The translations under genes and the position numbers were made by a program. A stretch of 63,874 nt of DNA, the filler included, from Octopus bimaculoides (lineage: Eukaryota): the NCBI RefSeq assembly GCF_001194135.2. It is 6 parts of 4 records of this genome, joined end to end, with 100 filler letters (N's around TTAATTAATTAA, not from the genome) between each part and the next. Parts side by side here need not be neighbours in the genome. Positions count along the whole stretch, not along the records: positions 61,757 to 63,874 come from NW_026409316.1; 5 more parts are not named here. The stretch is one strand, 5' to 3'. The notes below the pieces were generated by a model. That model saw only the letters and a program-made list of their open reading frames with translations, had not been told where the DNA came from and searched no databases. This document shows positions 61,657-63,874 of the stretch, in pieces (positions within the stretch are counted from its first letter, which is position 1; every line of letters starts with the position of its first letter).

Positions 61657-63258
61657 NNNNNNNNNNNNNNNNNNNNNNNNNNNNNNNNNNNNNNNNNNNN
61701 TTAATTAATTAANNNNNNNNNNNNNNNNNNNNNNNNNNNNNNNNNNNNNNNNNNNNTCCTGTCTTGTTTTTTGTCCGCCACTACATTCCTCCATGGCAAG
61801 GTTTAATTTGTGTATACAAATTTAATTTGCGGTCCATGGGAAGAGCCGTTTTAGCGATGCGTCCTGCCCAGCTCTTCGAAACGCCGGTGTTAAAACGGGG
61901 GTAGCTGATGAAGAAGAATGTTCTCTATGTGGCTTGTGTGTTTTCTCGTCTACGTTTTGTTTGCAATGTCCTGTAGCCAGATATGCACCTATACATACAG
62001 GTGGATGTCGGTATGCACATACCTGTACGTATATATGCATATACTCATTTACTATTTGTTTATATATATATATATATATACATACGACGGGCTTCTTTCA
62101 GTTTCCGTATAACAAATTTACTCACAAGACTTTGGTCGGCGTGGGGCTATAGTAGACACACTTGCCGAAGATGTCACGCGGTGGGACTAAACCCGGAACC
62201 ATTAGTTAGGAAGCAAACTTCTTACCACACAGCTACGCCTACGTCTATAGTGGTTGGTTGGTTGGCTGGTTAGTTGGTTGGCATTCCGTCGGTTACAACG
62301 ACGAGGGAACCTCGTCGTCGTAACCGTTCCAGTTGATCGGATCAACGGAACAGCCTGCTCGTGAAATTTAAGTGCAAGTGGCTGAGCACTCCACAGACAC
62401 GTGTACCCTTAACGTAGTTCTCGGGGGAGATTCAGCGTGATACACAGTGTGACAAGGCTGGTCCTTTGAAATACAAGTACAATAGAAAAAGGAAGAATGA
62501 GTCAGAGAAAGTCGTGGAGAACGAGTACAGCAGAGTTCGCCACCATCCCCTGCCGGAGCCTCGTGAAGCTTTAGGTGTTTTCGCTCAATAAACACTCACA
62601 ACGCCCGGTCTGGGAGTCGAAACCGCGATCCTACGACCGNNNNNNNNNNNNNNNNNNNNNNNNNNNNNNNNNNNNNNNNNNNNNNNNNNNNNNNNNNNNN
62701 NNNNNNNNNNNNNNNNNNNNNNNNNNNNNNNNNNNNNNNNNNNNNNNNNNNNNNNNNNNNNNNNNNNNNNNNNNNNNNNNNNNNNNNNNNNNNNNNNNNN
62801 NNNNNNNNNNNNNNNNNNNNNNNNNNNNNNNNNNNNNNNNNNNNNNNNNNNNNNNNNNNNNNNNNNNNNNNNNNNNNNNNNNNNNNNNNNNNNNNNNNNN
62901 NNNNNNNNNNNNNNNNNNNNNNNNNNNNNNNNNNNNNNNNNNNNNNNNNNNNNNNNNNNNNNNNNNNNNNNNNNNNNNNNNNNNNNNNNNNNNNNNNNNN
63001 NNNNNNNNNNNNNNNNNNNNNNNNNNNNNNNNNNNNNNNNNNNNNNNNNNNNNNNNNNNNNNNNNNNNNNNNNNNNNNNNNNNNNNNNNNNNNNNNNNNN
63101 NNNNNNNNNNNNNNNNNNNNNNNNNNNNNNNNNNNNNNNNNNNNNNNNNNNNNNNNNNNNNNNNNNNNNNNNNNNNNNNNNNNNNNNNNNNNNNNNNNNN
63201 NNNNNNNNNNNNNNNNNNNNNNNNNNNNNNNNNNNNNNNNNNNNNNNNNNNNNNNNNN

Positions 63259-63330
<72 letters not shown>

Positions 63331-63334
63331 ATAT

Positions 63335-63379
<45 letters not shown>

Positions 63380-63824
63380 CATAGAGAGGGAGAGAGACTG
63401 ACATGTGCACACACATACATGTGTGTATGTACAAACACACATAGACGCACACACACACACATGTATATGTATATATGTATGTATATGTATCCATGCATGG
63501 GTGTATGCATCTAAGTTTGTATATATATGTATGTATGTACGTATGTAAACACACGTACACTTGTAGTGTATCTTTTGTTTTGTCTGTCTCTCCGCCCAAC
63601 TTCACCGGAGCCCGATCCCACTCACAGCCAGTAGCTCTACGTGACATTCCTGCAATTTACACACATGCTGAAAGGCTGTCTTGGAGGCGTGATGCTTACC
63701 CTGCCCTTTGACACGACACCGCAGTTCAAAGGTCAACGGGGAAGTAAACTTTTAATATTCGATTGTGCAACAATATCAAATAACGGTGTCGCTTCACTCT
63801 TTCCTTTTGTATGTGTGTAGCTTG

Positions 63825-63862
<38 letters not shown>

Positions 63863-63874
63863 ACTCTCTCTCTC

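Noticed and set aside
1-61925. Other CTGATGA heptamers (e.g. 7, 36785, 49388, 61905) as hammerheads
   Set aside because: None has a helix II followed by GAAA; the one at nt 7 is simply the YADD codons.

Overview
AT-rich, gap-ridden animal genomic DNA, densely filled with microsatellites, SINEs, LINE fragments and MITEs. The repeat complement resembles octopus/cephalopod DNA (inference). One host gene is recognisable: tRNA-His guanylyltransferase THG1L on the minus strand, with its ATG exon at 11763-12001 and the 3' end of the next exon at 2593-2638. It has an in-frame N-terminal extension that looks like a mitochondrial presequence. Candidate promoters or first exons lie near 25.9-26.3 kb (-), 33.5-33.7 kb (+) and 40.2 kb. 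The most notable signal is a Tx1/L1-type LINE family whose visible junctions all abut (TCTA/TCTG)n microsatellite: a three-copy tandem array at 55.7-61.7 kb plus a solo 3'UTR copy at 32.3 kb. One copy lacks ORF2 entirely and has a perfect 14-bp hairpin at the deletion junction. Also present are R4/Dong-like LINEs at (TAA)n, a Penelope element with a minimal hammerhead ribozyme, RTE, CR1, Helitron, mariner, hAT and piggyBac remnants, two degenerate tRNA-like sequences and several fold-back structures. All family assignments come from motif recognition by eye; no database search was run.
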